From the human T2T-CHM13v2.0 reference genome, Homo sapiens: DNA of 64,000 bases. The stretch is taken from assembly GCF_009914755.1 (NCBI RefSeq), contig NC_060931.1, one strand, 5' to 3'. Positions 1-14,762 of the stretch are shown in pieces. The first letter of the stretch is position 1, and each line of letters begins with the position of its first letter. The position numbers and the translations under genes were made by a program. Below the pieces are notes generated by a model that did not search any database, was not told the origin of the DNA, and was given only the letters and a program-made list of their open reading frames with translations.

Positions 1-84
1 TGTTAGCCAGGATGGTCTCGATCTCCTGACCTCGTGATCCGCCTGCCGCAGCCTCCCAAAGTGCTGGGATTACAGGCCCGGCCA
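1..84 (-). mobile_element. Alu (young S/Y-like), partial at window edge
   Basis: gttagccaggatggtctcgatctcctgacctcgtgatcc...cccaaagtgctgggattacagg. Confidence 0.9.
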
Positions 85-217
85 AGAATAATTGTTATTC
101 TTATTTGTTGTTATGGGTATATGGAGATTGAGGAAGAAGACAACATTTCAGTCTTAAATCTTCGTTTTATTCTGATTATTGAGGAAGATGCTTTTGTGTG
201 AATTATTGAAAAACTTG

Positions 218-1015
<798 letters not shown>

Positions 1016-1502
1016 CTAATATAACAGACTACTAGCACCCTCACCACATGAGTGATTACATTTAGGGTGTTTCTGAAAACAAAATGTATGTGGGGATTAT
1101 AATAGTCAAGTGGCTTCTTGTGATGATGATGAAAGAGTTACATTAAATTTATGTTTCTAGTGATATATCTGGAGTTATGCTGTCATTACACTTCAGGTGT
1201 GCAATGTTAAAACCTTATATTACCTGCCTTTTTCTTTCTTACTGATTTGAATACTCATCTTGCTTTAACTTTAATGAAAATATTATATTCTGAATTTTCC
1301 ACCTGGAAAACTGGAACTTCTTTCTGGGGTATGTGTAGGTGTTTAGAGAGGTGAATGATGGAAATGGGATGGAGGGAAGGACAAGAATGCCTTCTTGATT
1401 TTTTTTAGAGAGATTTGGGTCAGTATCCCAAATGAAAACTTGCCATTACAACTTTTCCTTGAGAGGTCTTTGAGACATTAAATATATTTTTTTCTGTTTT
1501 AG

Positions 1503-1646
1503 AGCAATAACCAGATTGAGATGATCACAGGTTTGGAGGATCTGAAAGCCCTGCAGAACCTGGATCTGTCCCACAATCAGATAAGCAGCCTCCAAGGCTT
1601 AGAGAATCATGACCTCCTGGAAGTGATCAACCTGGAGGATAATAAG
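1503..1646 (+). CDS. LRGUK: LRGUK coding exon, two leucine-rich repeats (SNNQIEMITGLEDLKALQNLDLSHNQISSLQGLENHDLLEVINLEDNK)
   Basis: Acceptor ttttctgttttAG at 1501-1502, donor aag|GTagt at 1647. 144 nt, phase 0/0. SDS22-like LxxLxLxxNxI pattern. Confidence 0.95.
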
Positions 1647-2039
1647 GTAGTGTTGCACTTCACATGTCTTGGTTTCAGTGTTGACATAAGAGGACATATT
1701 AGAGACTTAGCACACACCCTTCATTTTTGGTTTCTTAAGGGCGGACACATTAAATGTCAGCTTAGAAATATTGTTCTAGCAAAATTCCTGGAGTAGTTGC
1801 AGAAGGGTTGTTTTTAAAAATACTTACAATCTTAATTATTGAAAATGTGATGATTCCTAATTACATTGTTTTTAAGGTTTAAACTGCAACCACGTGTGGA
1901 TGATTTTCTAAAGTATACATGTTCATTCAAAATTTTGTGTAGAAAGATGGCAGTAGGAATGTCTGAAATATCAGAGTAAGGAGGTTGGAGATATAAGAAT
2001 AGCCATTGGCTGGTGTTGCTCCATATCTGCCATTTAAAG

Positions 2040-2365
2040 AAAAGTCTAGGGCCATGATGGGGGGAGTGTTGGGAAGATGTTGGTCAAAGGATACAACATT
2101 TTGGTTACATAAGGAGTTTGTTTCAGAGATAGATTGTATAACATGGCGATTATCGTTAATAAAAATATATTGTGTTTTTCCATGCTGAGAGAGTAGATTT
2201 TAAACATTTTTACCGCAAAAATGATTACTTTGTGATGTAACACATTTCTTAAATAGCTAGATTTAGCCATCCTACAATGTAACATGATGATTTGATGAAT
2301 TTCAAGTCATGATGTTGTACACAGTAAGTACATATAATTTTATCTGTCAGTTTAAAAATATTAAA
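2040..2365 (+). mobile_element. L1M 3' fragment
   Basis: ttggtcaaaggatacaa...gctgagagagtagattttaaa...catgatgttgtacacagtaa. Confidence 0.6.
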
Positions 2366-3289
2366 AAGTTTTAAAAATGCAAATACCCTAGGAAAGGCTT
2401 AAACCCTCAAAAATAAAATAAAGAGAAGAGGCACAGGAAGGGAGTTCTTATATACCAATCTGCATGGTGGCTTGGGGACTGGGTTTACTCAAATTTTCAG
2501 GTCTGGCTTAATAACGCACACTTTACTTCAAAAACCACAGAAACTGGCTTTCACTCTTAATTACATTTTATTTTTAATAAAGCATTTGTGTTCCTAATCA
2601 TGGCATATTAAGTTGGTAACTTTAGCAAACTTCTTATGCTGTAAGGTCTACAACGTTATTTTATTTATATCGAATACTTTATCACATTTTTGGGAGAATG
2701 CTTTCATAAGGAAGTTCAATGTTTATTTCTTCTTGAAAATGAAAAATTGGGCTGAGCCTGAAAGGGACAGTTGGTGCCAGCTCAAGTGAGCTGGGGTGTT
2801 GTGGGGATCTTGCTGTGTTCTGCTGTGGTGGTGCTTGTCGGTTTTGTGTGATGAGCCTTTTTTCCAACAGACTTCCCTCATCTGTTAGGTTGCTAAGAAT
2901 CAAGAAAAGTCAGTTATTAGTCCTGGGAACAGAGGAGTTTTCAATCACAGACAAAGCTGTTCATCTTCATTCTCCTTGACTTGTATATTAAGTTGTTTTG
3001 GCAACTTCTCCAGTTAATTCTGGTGGACAACCTTTGTTCACTGTACCACGTGTCTTAGGAAGTCCACACAATCTCCATCTCATGTGGTTTTAGTGTCCTG
3101 TTCATGCATTTGCCATTGAAGACTGATTTTCAGAAAATTTCTTACTTAAAATGATTCTCACATATATACAGAGGCTGGTGAAAGGGTGGAAAGCTCTCAT
3201 TAAATCTCAACTCAATGCATCTCAGGATTTAGGAAAAGGAGTAACAATAATGATAATAATAACAATTCAGGTCATAAAATAATCTAGAG

Positions 3290-3505
3290 ATATTTGTTGA
3301 GTACTTATGTACCAGGCACTTTCCTAAGTACTTTATCTCATGTAATCCTTATTATAACCCTATTATTATTGTCATTTTACAGATGAAGAAACAGGGGCAG
3401 AAAGAGGTTAAGTAACTTGCCCAAAGTCATATATCCAGCAAATAGCAGAGCCAGCCTGCACATAGAGAATGGTTTGCCTCCGGTTTCAATGTTCTTAACC
3501 TCTGC
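3290..3505 (-). mobile_element. MIR
   Basis: MIR core attttacagatgaagaaacaggggcagaaagaggttaagtaacttgcccaaagtca. Confidence 0.85.
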
Positions 3506-3573
3506 AGGGTGATATAGTGCATAAAATGCTAATGGGCCTCCCTTCTGAAAGGGCCTGTTGTAATGCCCCAATA

Positions 3574-3898
3574 CAGTGCTTTCTCAGCGAAACATCACGT
3601 GAGCCACAGATGTCATGTAAAATTCTCCAGTAGCCACAGTAAAAAGATGCAAAGAAACAGGTGACATTAATTTTAATAATGCATTTTACTTAACCCAGTA
3701 GATCCAAAATGTTGTCATTTCAACATGTAATCTACATACAAACTTATTGATGAGATATTTAACCTTCTGTTGTTTCATACTAAGTTTCTGACATCCAGTG
3801 TGTATTTTACACTTAAAGTATGTCTCAATTCATCCTGGCCATATTTTAAGGTCTGGGCAGCTGCATGTGGCTAGTAATTACCATATGGGACAGCACAG
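3574..3898. mobile_element. MER33-like hAT-Charlie DNA transposon
   Basis: cagtgctttc...agtagccacagtaaaaag...aggtgacattaattttaataat...atgtggctagtaattacc...ggacagcacag. Confidence 0.75.
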
Positions 3899-5789
3899 AT
3901 CTAGAAATACCTCATAAATAGTATGTTGTTCTCTTCCATTTCAAGAGGCTTTTCAAATTGTATTTGACAAACTTTAAAGAAAAAAGAGGAGTATCATCAC
4001 GTGAAGAAAGGAGTTTATAATTTTCAAATGTTAAAGAGGCTCCATGAAAAAAAAGTGGCCACGTGTCCCAAAGGGGGATCCTTTGGCACCCATGAGCTCT
4101 GTAACAATCACCTAATTCCCCGACTCCCCCTGGGCAGGTTGAGGAGCAACCCGCAGGCTCCCCAAATATTCTTTGAGCCTTCAGGAAAGTTCCTCAGAGA
4201 ACTCTACAGGACTACCGAGAATACTGTGTATCTCGGTGGAAAATTTATCATTTAGCAGAAACATAACCTAGCTTCTGCTTCTCATATGATTAATCTGATG
4301 TTAAGAATATTGTTTTATTGGTAGCACTTCATCAGTATTATGTACTTGGTTTTAGCAATTGAAACATTGTAGCACCCACATGTGATCATTTGAACATCTT
4401 CTTAAGGCCACTTGAGAATGTTTACCATCAGCTGGGAATTTGGGGACCTTAGTTACCCTCTACTCTGTAGTCTTGTTAGATTTTATATCATTTCCAGCAT
4501 TTAAAACATATCCCAAGCTGTTAGCTCTATTATAACCTCAGTCCTTTCTTCTAGAAGCAAGATATCAGTCTGGGAGTGACTTCGAAAAACGCTGTCTTAC
4601 TTCTCTAAGTCTCAGTGTCGTTATGTCACACTGTTGGTTCCCAATTACTTTTCTGAATTTTTGTGAGGATTCACAAGGTAATACTCATAAAGCAATGGCA
4701 GCATGGAGAGAACTTGAATCCTGAGTAATAACAGTGCTCCTCCCAGAGCTCCCCATCTCTCCATTCTTTGCAGTGCTCTGGCTTTCCTTCTAAATCATTC
4801 TCTTGAATGCTGACGGAGACAATGGCAGCTGAAGACCATTATTCCACTCAATTTTTGTGCTGCTTTGTATAGAAGGAACATTCTTTGCCGAAGACTCCTT
4901 GCTTCTTGTTGTTCAAAGACAGATGCCATTTAATGTCCCCGGCAAGCAATGTGCATTACCCCCCTCTTCACTGAACCCTGGCTCACACTTCTCTTCACAT
5001 ACGTGAGCAAAAGGAACTTTGGGGGCATTAAACCCAATCAGGCTTCTAAGTGAATTTAATTTCTCTCTGGATTTAAGTTTGTTAGATTAGGCCTGTAATG
5101 AGAAGGGTTGGACTGGGTGAGTCCTTGGGGCCTCCAGGGGCTGACAACATTGATGCAGAGGCATGCCATTGATGCTCGCGTGATCAGATCTCCTGCTAAA
5201 GTCAATCTCCATTCCACCTGGCCAACATACTCCTGCCCTGGGATGCAAACAGGAGGGAGGACCCCTTGGAGGTCTTTGGCCTCCTTACACCCAAAGGTGA
5301 TGCCCAAGGCAGGATACCCTGATCTGCTCAGCAACTGCTCTCTGGATAGTCTTGGCTCTCTGCAGAGAGTGCTGATGGGTGCACACTTTAAGTCCAGGTT
5401 TTGATGCTGCTTCATCACTTTTACAAACAATTTTTGAACTCTCAGACCAAGGTGAATGTGACTTTCCCCTTTGCCCCTGACCCCTTTCTTAATGCCTGTA
5501 TCACAGTGATGGACTTGGCCTGCTTCCTGGTGCCCTGGCTCCATGGTGATGGGGTCAGCAGGGATAGTTACCCTTTGCCTGCTTTAGCACTGGCTCACTG
5601 AGTAGAGTGCCGGCCGTTGAACAGGAGACCGCAGGTTCCACACCGTCTGACTTGGTTAGGCCAGCTACGCAGGACTGGCTGTCAGTGGCCAGTTTATGTG
5701 ACTGAGGATAGAGACCAGCACTCTTAGGGGCAGCTGGTGGGGTGCAGTGCTCCCTTGCAGAAGGGGCGGGAATGTGAAGTCAGCCATTT

Positions 5790-6506
<717 letters not shown>

Positions 6507-7057
6507 CAGGACCCTCAGGAGCTCTCAGGAATACCCAGATTTGCCTCCCTTCTATCAAATGCTTGGTTGATGTTTGAGCTGCATGGGATGAGATTCTGGA
6601 ATGACTGTGTATAAGAAGTGAGGCTTGAGTGTCTTCCTACAGGGCAGAGAAGGGAGATGGTGAATGGAGATCACAGGAATGGCTTGAGCTGAGAGGACAA
6701 GGGCCTTCAATCAGGTAGCAGTAGTAAGGAAGGGAAGGAAGGCTGGGGTCTAGAGTTATTTCTGAGGAAGAATTACTAGGGCAGATTGGAGGTGGTGGAT
6801 GAGGAAGAAGATGTGGCTGAGGATGACTCCCGGGTTTGCAGCTCAGGTGACTCAGGTAACTGGGTGACAGTGCTGCCATCCAGCCTCCTTACTGTCATCG
6901 AGAACCCCTGGTTCATGGTTCTTTATCTTGTCCTAAACCTTAGAGGCAGAGTGTCCCATTCCAACAGCAGGGTGGGGACATGCTGTGCCAGCTCTCTGTG
7001 ACAGAAGGCAAGCCCTGGCCATGGAGCCACTTCTCTTGGAAGCTAATCCTTACTAAG

Positions 7058-7238
7058 TATAGTGGGTGGAATTGTGTGCCCCTCCCCTCCAAAAAGCCTA
7101 CCCTCAGGAAACTGAATGTCCCCTCATGTGGAAAGGGGTGTTTGCAGATGTAATCAAGTTCAGGATCTAAAGAGAAGAACATCTTGGATGTAAGGTGGCC
7201 CTAAACCCAATGTCCTGATAAGAGGCTGAAGGGAAGAA

Positions 7239-7281
<43 letters not shown>

Positions 7282-7540
7282 AAGGCCATGAGAAGACCCA
7301 GGTGAAGATGGGGCAGAGATTAGAGTTATGTTGCTGCAAGCCAAGCAAGGTCTGGAGTTACTGGAAGCTGGAGAAGGTAGGGAAGGGTTCTCCTCCAGAA
7401 CCTTCTGAGAGAGCACAGGACTGCTGACACCTTGATTTCAGACTGCTGGTCTCCAGAACTGTGGAAGGAAGAAATTTCTGTTGTTTTAGACCTCCAGGTT
7501 TGTGGTAGTTTGTTATGGAAACCCTAGAAAACTTATATAT
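7058..7540 (+). mobile_element. MaLR LTR (MLT1C-like) containing (CA)n at 7240-7279
   Basis: tttgcagatgtaatcaagtt...gcaagccaag...caccttgatttcagact...ccagaactgt...aaatttctgttgtttt...tttgttatg. Confidence 0.8.
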
Positions 7541-8524
7541 CAAGTGAAACTGTATGTCTGGGGAATAGAGGATGAGGTCTGAAAGTTATTCTTCACTATG
7601 ATCTTTTGTAATTTCTGCTTTTTATGTTTTATTGAAGAAATTTCTCTATACCCTAAGGTTTTAAATATTCTTATATATTTTCTTATAATTTCAAGTTTTG
7701 TTTTTCCATATTTAGTCTTTAATCCAATTGGGATTTACTTTTGTGGGTACTGTGAAGTGGGCATCTAGTTCCCAGGTAGGAAACAAATTGTCCCAACATT
7801 TCAGAATTCTGATTAATACTTGTAAAATATTCTATTGAATGGATAAGTCAGGATTTATTGAGACATTTACTTATTGAAATTTATGTTTAAAATTTGTTGT
7901 AGTATATATTCTTATTTATAAATCTTTAAGTGTATTTTAAATTATTTACTTAGGATAGATTCTTGGAAATACCATTACTGGATATAGGCATTTTTAAGAC
8001 TCTTACTATATTTCATAAAGATTCATACTAATTAGTGTCCTACCAGCAGTATATGAAGTTAGAATACTATATTATAAGCACATCTTACTACACCTTTGTG
8101 AGCAAATATCTTTTAAAAATTATGTCACTCTGGTAGAGAAAAACAGTATTTTGCATTATTTTATATAAAAATTTTTGATTACCCATGAGGTTAAACATTT
8201 TTTTGACCTGTTTGTTAGACACTTAGTTTTCTTTTTAGAAATTGTCTATTCATGCCCTTAACTATCATTTATTTTATTATCGTTCTTCTGCTTTTCGTTG
8301 TACTCATTGTACTTTTGAAACACATTTGAAAGTAATTTATGAAGTCTATCAATATTTTTCTTTGTGTCTCCCTTTATTATTTTTAAAATTTTTATGAAGT
8401 CTTTCTCTGTTCTGAAATCTGTTAGGTGTTCACCTAAACTTTTTTCCCCTGGTTTCTTTCATTACCTTTCAACTCTTAATCCATAATTTATTTTATGGTA
8501 CAATTGAAACAAAAATTTTAATTT

Positions 8525-8785
8525 ATAGAAGGAATAAGATCTAGTGTTCAATAGCACAATGAGGTGACTATAGTTAATAATATTTTACTGTATATTTCAG
8601 AATAACTAAAAGAGTAGAATTGTCACATTTCTAACACAAAGAAATAATAAATGCTTGAGGTGATGGATACCCCAGTTACCCTGATTTGATCATTACACAT
8701 TGTATGCTTGTATCAAAATATCACATTTACCCCATAAATATGTACAACTCTTCTGTATCCACAATAACTAAAAATGTAAAAACTT
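8525..8785 (+). mobile_element. L1MA 3' end
   Basis: gaataagatctagtgttcaatagcaca...tgcttgaggtgatggataccccagttaccctgatttgatcattacacattg. Confidence 0.8.
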
Positions 8786-8948
8786 AATTTACTTTTTCCA
8801 ATATCTAATAGTAATATAATGATAACAGCTATCATTTATTGAGAACTCATTATATCCTCAGCCTTGTGCTAACCAATTCCCATTCATTAACTCATTTAAA
8901 AAATAGTTTCATTGAATAATACTAATTTTCTCACTGATACAGAAATAC

Positions 8949-9395
8949 TTTCTGAAGTATGCATTCGGTTCCATTGATCTGTCTGTTGATTCTTATTCCA
9001 GTAATGCACTCACCATCATCATCAACTAGTTGATAGATCCTCACAGTTTGAAAAATATTTGTGGTTCATCTTTTAAGTATACACCATTCTTATTTCTCTT
9101 AAGATTCTACTAAGATACAGAAAACGTAAATAAAACTATTTGTCTTTAGTTTAGTGGAGAATTCAGGCCTGCGGCAACCCAAGTTCTAACCCTGGCCAAA
9201 TATAGGAAGTCAAGCAATCTTTTTTTTTTTTCTTTTTCCCCCTTCTTAAAATTGTAAAACAAAACCAATACTGAGAAGATCTGTTTCTGAAGTATTTATT
9301 CTGTTCCATTGATCTGTCTGTTGATTCTTATTCCAGTATACACTTACCATCATCATCAACTAGTTGATGGGTTCCCCGCAGTTTGAAAAATATTT
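8949..9395 (+). repeat. 112-bp direct repeat (8949-9060 and 9284-9395) enclosing a copy of 11590-11755
   Basis: Both copies read tttctgaagtat..ttc.gttccattgatctgtctgttgattcttattccagta...catcatcatcaactagttgat...cagtttgaaaaatattt. Confidence 0.9.
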
Positions 9396-9531
9396 TTCTG
9401 CACAGATTTATGTTTAAATGTGGCAGCGAAAAAAATTTTAATGGTTGTACCCAATTGTTTTCTAAGACGACAAATATATATATGTGTGTATATATAACAT
9501 ATATTTATATGTACTTATATATTTTTATATA

Positions 9532-10560
9532 TTCACATATAGAAATGTATATTCACATATATAAGTTTTTTTTTAAAGAAAAGACTTTAGTAGTTCCCTT
9601 TAGATCTGGATGGTGATGCTTAGAGACTATGGCCTTGAGGGAAATGGTAAAAGAAGAAAAGAAGAGGAAGTCAACGTGCTTTGGGGATGGGGGTGTGGAC
9701 TATCGTCAATAGGGGCAAAGGAGGTGAGAGAATGCGCTGGACTGGAGTCTGGGGATCAACTGTGCTGAGATGACATTCTTGGCAGCAGATGGCTGAACTT
9801 CCCATAGGAATATAACCTTTCTGGTGGTATTTCACTGCAAGCTATTTGGGGTGCTGTTGTCTCTACTCCTGCTGTAAAAGTCTGTTATGCACACAGCCCT
9901 GGGTTTGTGGCCTTTGCAGAGAAAAGATGTGAGGGTGGAGTCCTCGGGGTAGGTTGTGCAGGAGAGGGAGGGCGCATGCAGGGCAAGCAGTATCTGTGGC
10001 ACTTTGCTAATTCAGTAGATGTGGGGAGGTGAAGCCAGGCCACCCCATACCTTCTCCCATCTTACCTCATCCTACCCATGGAAGGCCAGGAAGGGAAGAT
10101 GGGTCCCTTTCATTTAATTCTCAAAAAACCAACTGATCCCAGCTGACATCTTGTGGTAATATAATTTTGTATGTTCCATGATCACTCAGTTCATGGTGTT
10201 TGTAACATATTAAGGAAATCTTTCCATGTCAATCATTGTAAATATCACTATCTTCTAAAATGAGCATGTAGTGTTCCTACTATAGGACTGTACTGTTACC
10301 CATTTAATTACAGGATCATGGTGTTCTTAGGAATTCATACTTGTTTTACTTTTACTGATAATGTTAGACTGAATATTCTTGTATCTAATTTTTTTACAAA
10401 AAATTAGAATATAGAATATTTCACATATAGAAATTACATATTCTATATAAATTTTTTTAAAGAAAAGACTTTAGTAGTTCCCTTTAGATCCAGATGGTGA
10501 TGCTTAGAGACTATGGCCTTGAGGGAAATCTAATTCTTTACAAAAAAATTAGATACAAGA
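9532..10560 (+). repeat. ~110-bp dispersed duplication (9532-9645 and 10420-10529); second copy bracketed by a duplicated palindrome
   Basis: ttttaaagaaaagactttagtagttccctttagatc(tg/ca)gatggtgatgcttagagactatggccttgagggaaat in both. Confidence 0.9.
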
Positions 10561-10778
10561 CGATCTCTTTAGTATAAACCCCTTGAAGTGGGAGAACTGG
10601 TTCACAGCTTATGAAACAAATGAAATACATCAGATTGCCCTATAGAAAGAATGCACCAGTTTCCACTCTGACCAGCAATGTGTGCAAGTGCACATGGCCA
10701 CAACTTGTTGGTGAGACGTGATAAATGAAGGAACACATCTCCTCTTAACATTAGTGTTAGGTCCAAAAAACAAGAGCA

Positions 10779-11100
10779 GGCCAGTGTGGTGGCTCACGGC
10801 TGTAATCCTAGCACTTGGGAATGGGAAGTCGAGGTGGGTGGATTGCTTGAGCCCAGGAGTTCAAGAACAGCCTGAGCAACATGGCAAAACCCTGTCTCCA
10901 AAAAAATACAAAAATTAGCTAGGCTTGGCAGTGCACACTTGTAGTCCCAGCTACTCGGGGGTCGGGGGCTGAGGTAGGAAGGTTCCTTGAGCTAGGGAGG
11001 TTGAGGCTGCAGTGAGCCATGATCATACTACTGCACCCCAGCATGGGTGACAGAGCAAGAACCCATCTCAAAAATAAATAAATAAATAAATAAAAAAGAA
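10779..11100 (+). mobile_element. AluJ with (TAAA)n tail
   Basis: Dimeric Alu; TSD aagagcag. Confidence 0.9.
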
Positions 11101-11916
11101 TAAGAGCAGATGGAATGCTAGAAGGAAATTAATCCGTTGTTCACAAGTTTACTTTTCCACTTTCCTGAATAATACAATAGAAAACAATTGATCCCTTTTA
11201 AAAAAAGATAATCCAAATGGCAGACTGATGGACAGTTTAGTCATCTTACGGAAAAAGATGTGTATAATAGTATAACGTTGCTCTAACAAGATTAATGTGT
11301 TCAGGTTGTAGATTGCAACTCTGGTGTTCACCTTTCATATTGTATCTTTGAAAATGGCATCCTTTGAACATGGTGCATATGTTTGTCCTCTGACTTGGCT
11401 TTGGGTCTAGTTTGCATTTTAGCTGTGTATTGTGGTTGGATAACTCAGGAGTTTTTGGTGACCCTTCTGTAGGAGTGCTTTCCAATGCATGCAGAAATGA
11501 TTGGAGAAAAATAGAAATGAAAAAGTGATGATTAACTTTTTGCAAAAGTGTAATATCTACACTTGAGATAAAATTGTAATTATGCTAATTACAGAATATT
11601 TAAGTAAACCTATTTGCCTTTAATTTAGTAGAGAATTCAGGCCTGCCGCAATCCAAGTTCTATTTCTGGTCAAATTAAGGAACTGTCAAGCAATCTTTTT
11701 TTTTTCTTTCTGTTCTCCTACTTTTTAAAATGGTGAAACACAACCTATACAGAAAAGTATATAAAACATAAGTGTACAAGTTAGCTAAAGAGTTCAAGGT
11801 GAACAGTACACACCCATCAAGAAATATGTCATACAATTTTTAGTTTTTTACCTTGAAATAATTCTCTGTTGGAAAAAGTGATAAAGCCATATATGTACAT
11901 GCAGTAAGAAGGCTTT

Positions 11917-12217
<301 letters not shown>

Positions 12218-12638
12218 TCATAAATGACCAGGGTAACAGAAGCAGGATTGGGGAAGGAAGTTGGGGGGCTGGAAGGCTAGGAATGGCGGTGGGGTGGGTA
12301 ACCAGGTCATCCTTGGGTGCATTTTTGTACTGTTTTTCTGACTTTGAATGCTATTTTATTTCTGCCTTAAAGTGAACATGGATAAGAGGAGGAAACTTAC
12401 TGTTCCCTAGCTAGAGAAGAAGAAAGAAAACGTGGTTGTGTGCATGCACAGTTATAGAAGGGGTATGCAATAATTCCCTTGTTCTGTGAAGTTCTGTGGA
12501 ATTCTCATTAAAAAGCTAGACAGAGCAATTTTTAAAATAAGTTGAATTTAAAGGACCCAAACTGGCTTCTATTGTATTATGTTTTCTATTGTCTTTGTGC
12601 ATTTAGTCTGTTGATAATTTTTTTCTTTGATTGAACAG

Positions 12639-12719
12639 ATTGCTGAGCTGAGAGAAATAGAATACATTAAAAATTTACCCATCCTTCGAGTTCTCAATCT
12701 TCTAGAAAATCCAATTCAG
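12639..12719 (+). CDS. LRGUK: LRGUK coding exon, last LRR (IAELREIEYIKNLPILRVLNLLENPIQ)
   Basis: ttgaacAG acceptor, cag|GTgag donor. 81 nt, phase 0/0, in frame with neighbours. Confidence 0.95.
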
Positions 12720-13733
12720 GTGAGACATTATTTATATCAGGGAGGGAGACAGAGAAGAAAGTGGGATGGTGGAGGGAAACTATCTAGGAATTCTTCAAGA
12801 AGTACTTTTGATAAAAGAATATCAGGAATGTGAATAGAGTTTGTCTATCTTCCTTCTTTCTAAGGAAGGGTTTAGTAGTACCTAAAGTGACAATTTTTTT
12901 TTTAAGACATAAGATCTTCTCTCATGACTAACAAGCTGTCACATGACTGTCAGCGAAGGAAAGCCTGAAACTGAATATCATTTAGTTGCTCTGCTGGTCA
13001 TTTGTGACTCATCCCCTGTGGTAAAGGTTACAGGAAGGAGGTAATAAGATTGCAGAACAATGTTCTCTGACATTAGACAATGCAAGACACCAGAGGTGGA
13101 GACAGAATGTGGTTCCTATTCTATAACAGGGGAAAGAAAATCTAAGATTAGCTACCTAATTTACCTGGATATAGCCATGAAATTGATGTATATGTGAAAT
13201 AATTATAGAACAGAATAATACATTTCCCAGGAGTTCTTCACACCTCTGGGACTGAAGGATCAGGGAGTGTTTCAAGTCCTTCTCTTTCTCTCCATTGACA
13301 GATGCTTTCTCCCGGTCTCCTCCCCTCTCTCCTTGTCTGTTTGTCCTTCATTCCATTCTTCTACCTGTATCCTTCACTTAGTTTCCACAGGCTCTTGACT
13401 TTGCATGTAGCTCTTAGTAACTTTCTTTTTGTTTGTATCTTGATGAACATGTCTAGATAGGTGAAAAACAGAAAATACAAGAAAGATTTATAAATTAAAA
13501 GCTGCCCTTGGGACAGGAACAGTGGGAGGCAATTTAAAAGCATTTCTGGAAAAGTAAGAGGCAGGGCTTAAAGTGGCCAGCACACCTCAGTTTCAAATCC
13601 CTGAAGGGTGTTTGTGCATATGCATGAATAAGCATCACAAGCCGTTTGACACATTAACTGATTTATATACAAAACCTCTCCCCAACATTTACACCTAAGC
13701 TTTGTACATTCACCTCATATACGGTCTCATCTA

Positions 13734-13812
13734 TTGGACTGGCGCAAAAGTAATTGTGGTTTTTTTCATTCTTTTAATGACAAAGACCACAATTACTTTT
13801 GCACCAACCTAA
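13734..13812. mobile_element. MADE1 (Hsmar1-derived MITE)
   Basis: ~80-bp palindrome tt(g)gactggcgcaaaagtaattg...caattacttttgcaccaacctaa with TA target duplications. Confidence 0.88.
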
Positions 13813-14171
13813 TATATAACAGATCATCCGCTAATATCTAATGTCTTTCCCCTCAAAGAGGCATGGCTTCTTACTACAAAAACTCTAATTATAATTTCCA
13901 AAAGGCAGATAATCCTGATGGTAGGGAGTAATAAGGAGTTTGTTTTATAAATGAATATCATTTTATTATTACAAACAAATTCATAATAATACAAATTAAT
14001 ACGAAATATTGCATATAAATAATAACAAAATAATATAAAATATTAAAGTTTCATTATTTGCAGAATTGAGACTTGTTGGAGTTACAAGACAGGGTTTGAG
14101 TCACTGGCCACGGGATCTTAGATGAGACGCTTCACTTTTCTGAGGCTTGGTAGCCTTTAGAAATGAGGATA

Positions 14172-14465
14172 ATCTGGAAGCCATTATCCTCAGCAACCTA
14201 CCACAGGAACAGGAAACCAAACACCACATGTCCTCACTTAAAACTGGGAGCTGAACAATGAGAACACATGGACACAGGGAGGAGAACAACATACCCTGGG
14301 GCCTGTCAGGGGCGGGAGGAGGGAGAGTATCAGGATAAATAGCTAATGCATGCGGGGCTTAATACCTAGGTGATGGGTTGATGGGTGCAGCAAACCATCG
14401 TGGCACACCCTTACCTATGTAAGAAACCTGCACGTCCTGCACATGTATCCCAGAACTTAAAATTA
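14172..14465 (+). mobile_element. L1PA (older) 3' end
   Basis: ctggaagccattatcctcagc...gagaacacatggacacaggga...ctgcacatgtatcccagaacttaaa. Confidence 0.88.
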
Positions 14466-14472
14466 AATTAAA

Positions 14473-14762
14473 TTTTTTTTTCGACAGAGTCTCCCTCTGT
14501 CAACCAGGCTGGAGTGCAGTGGCGCGATCTCGGCTCACTGCAAGCTCCGCCTCCTGGGTTCATGCCATTCTGCTGCCTCAGCCTCCTGAGTAGCTGGGAC
14601 TACGGGCACCTGCCACCATGCCTGGCTAATTTTTTTGTATTTTTAGTAGAGACAAGGTTTCACCATGTTAGCCAGGATGTTCTCGATCTCCTGATCTCGT
14701 GATCTGCCTGCCTTGGCCTCGCAAAGTGCTGGGATTACAGGTGTGAGCCACTTTGCCCGGCC
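14473..14762 (-). mobile_element. Alu (Sc/Y-like) inserted in the L1 tail
   Basis: Reverse Alu; TSD aattaaattaaattt. Confidence 0.93.

Noticed and set aside
1647-1796. ORF extensions beyond exon edges (also 12720-12833, 16693-16777, 39693-39967, 59765-59891)
   Set aside because: They are read-through into introns past clear splice sites, where domain similarity stops.
13734-13812. Hairpin as a novel ncRNA
   Set aside because: Explained by MADE1 terminal inverted repeats; no expression evidence.
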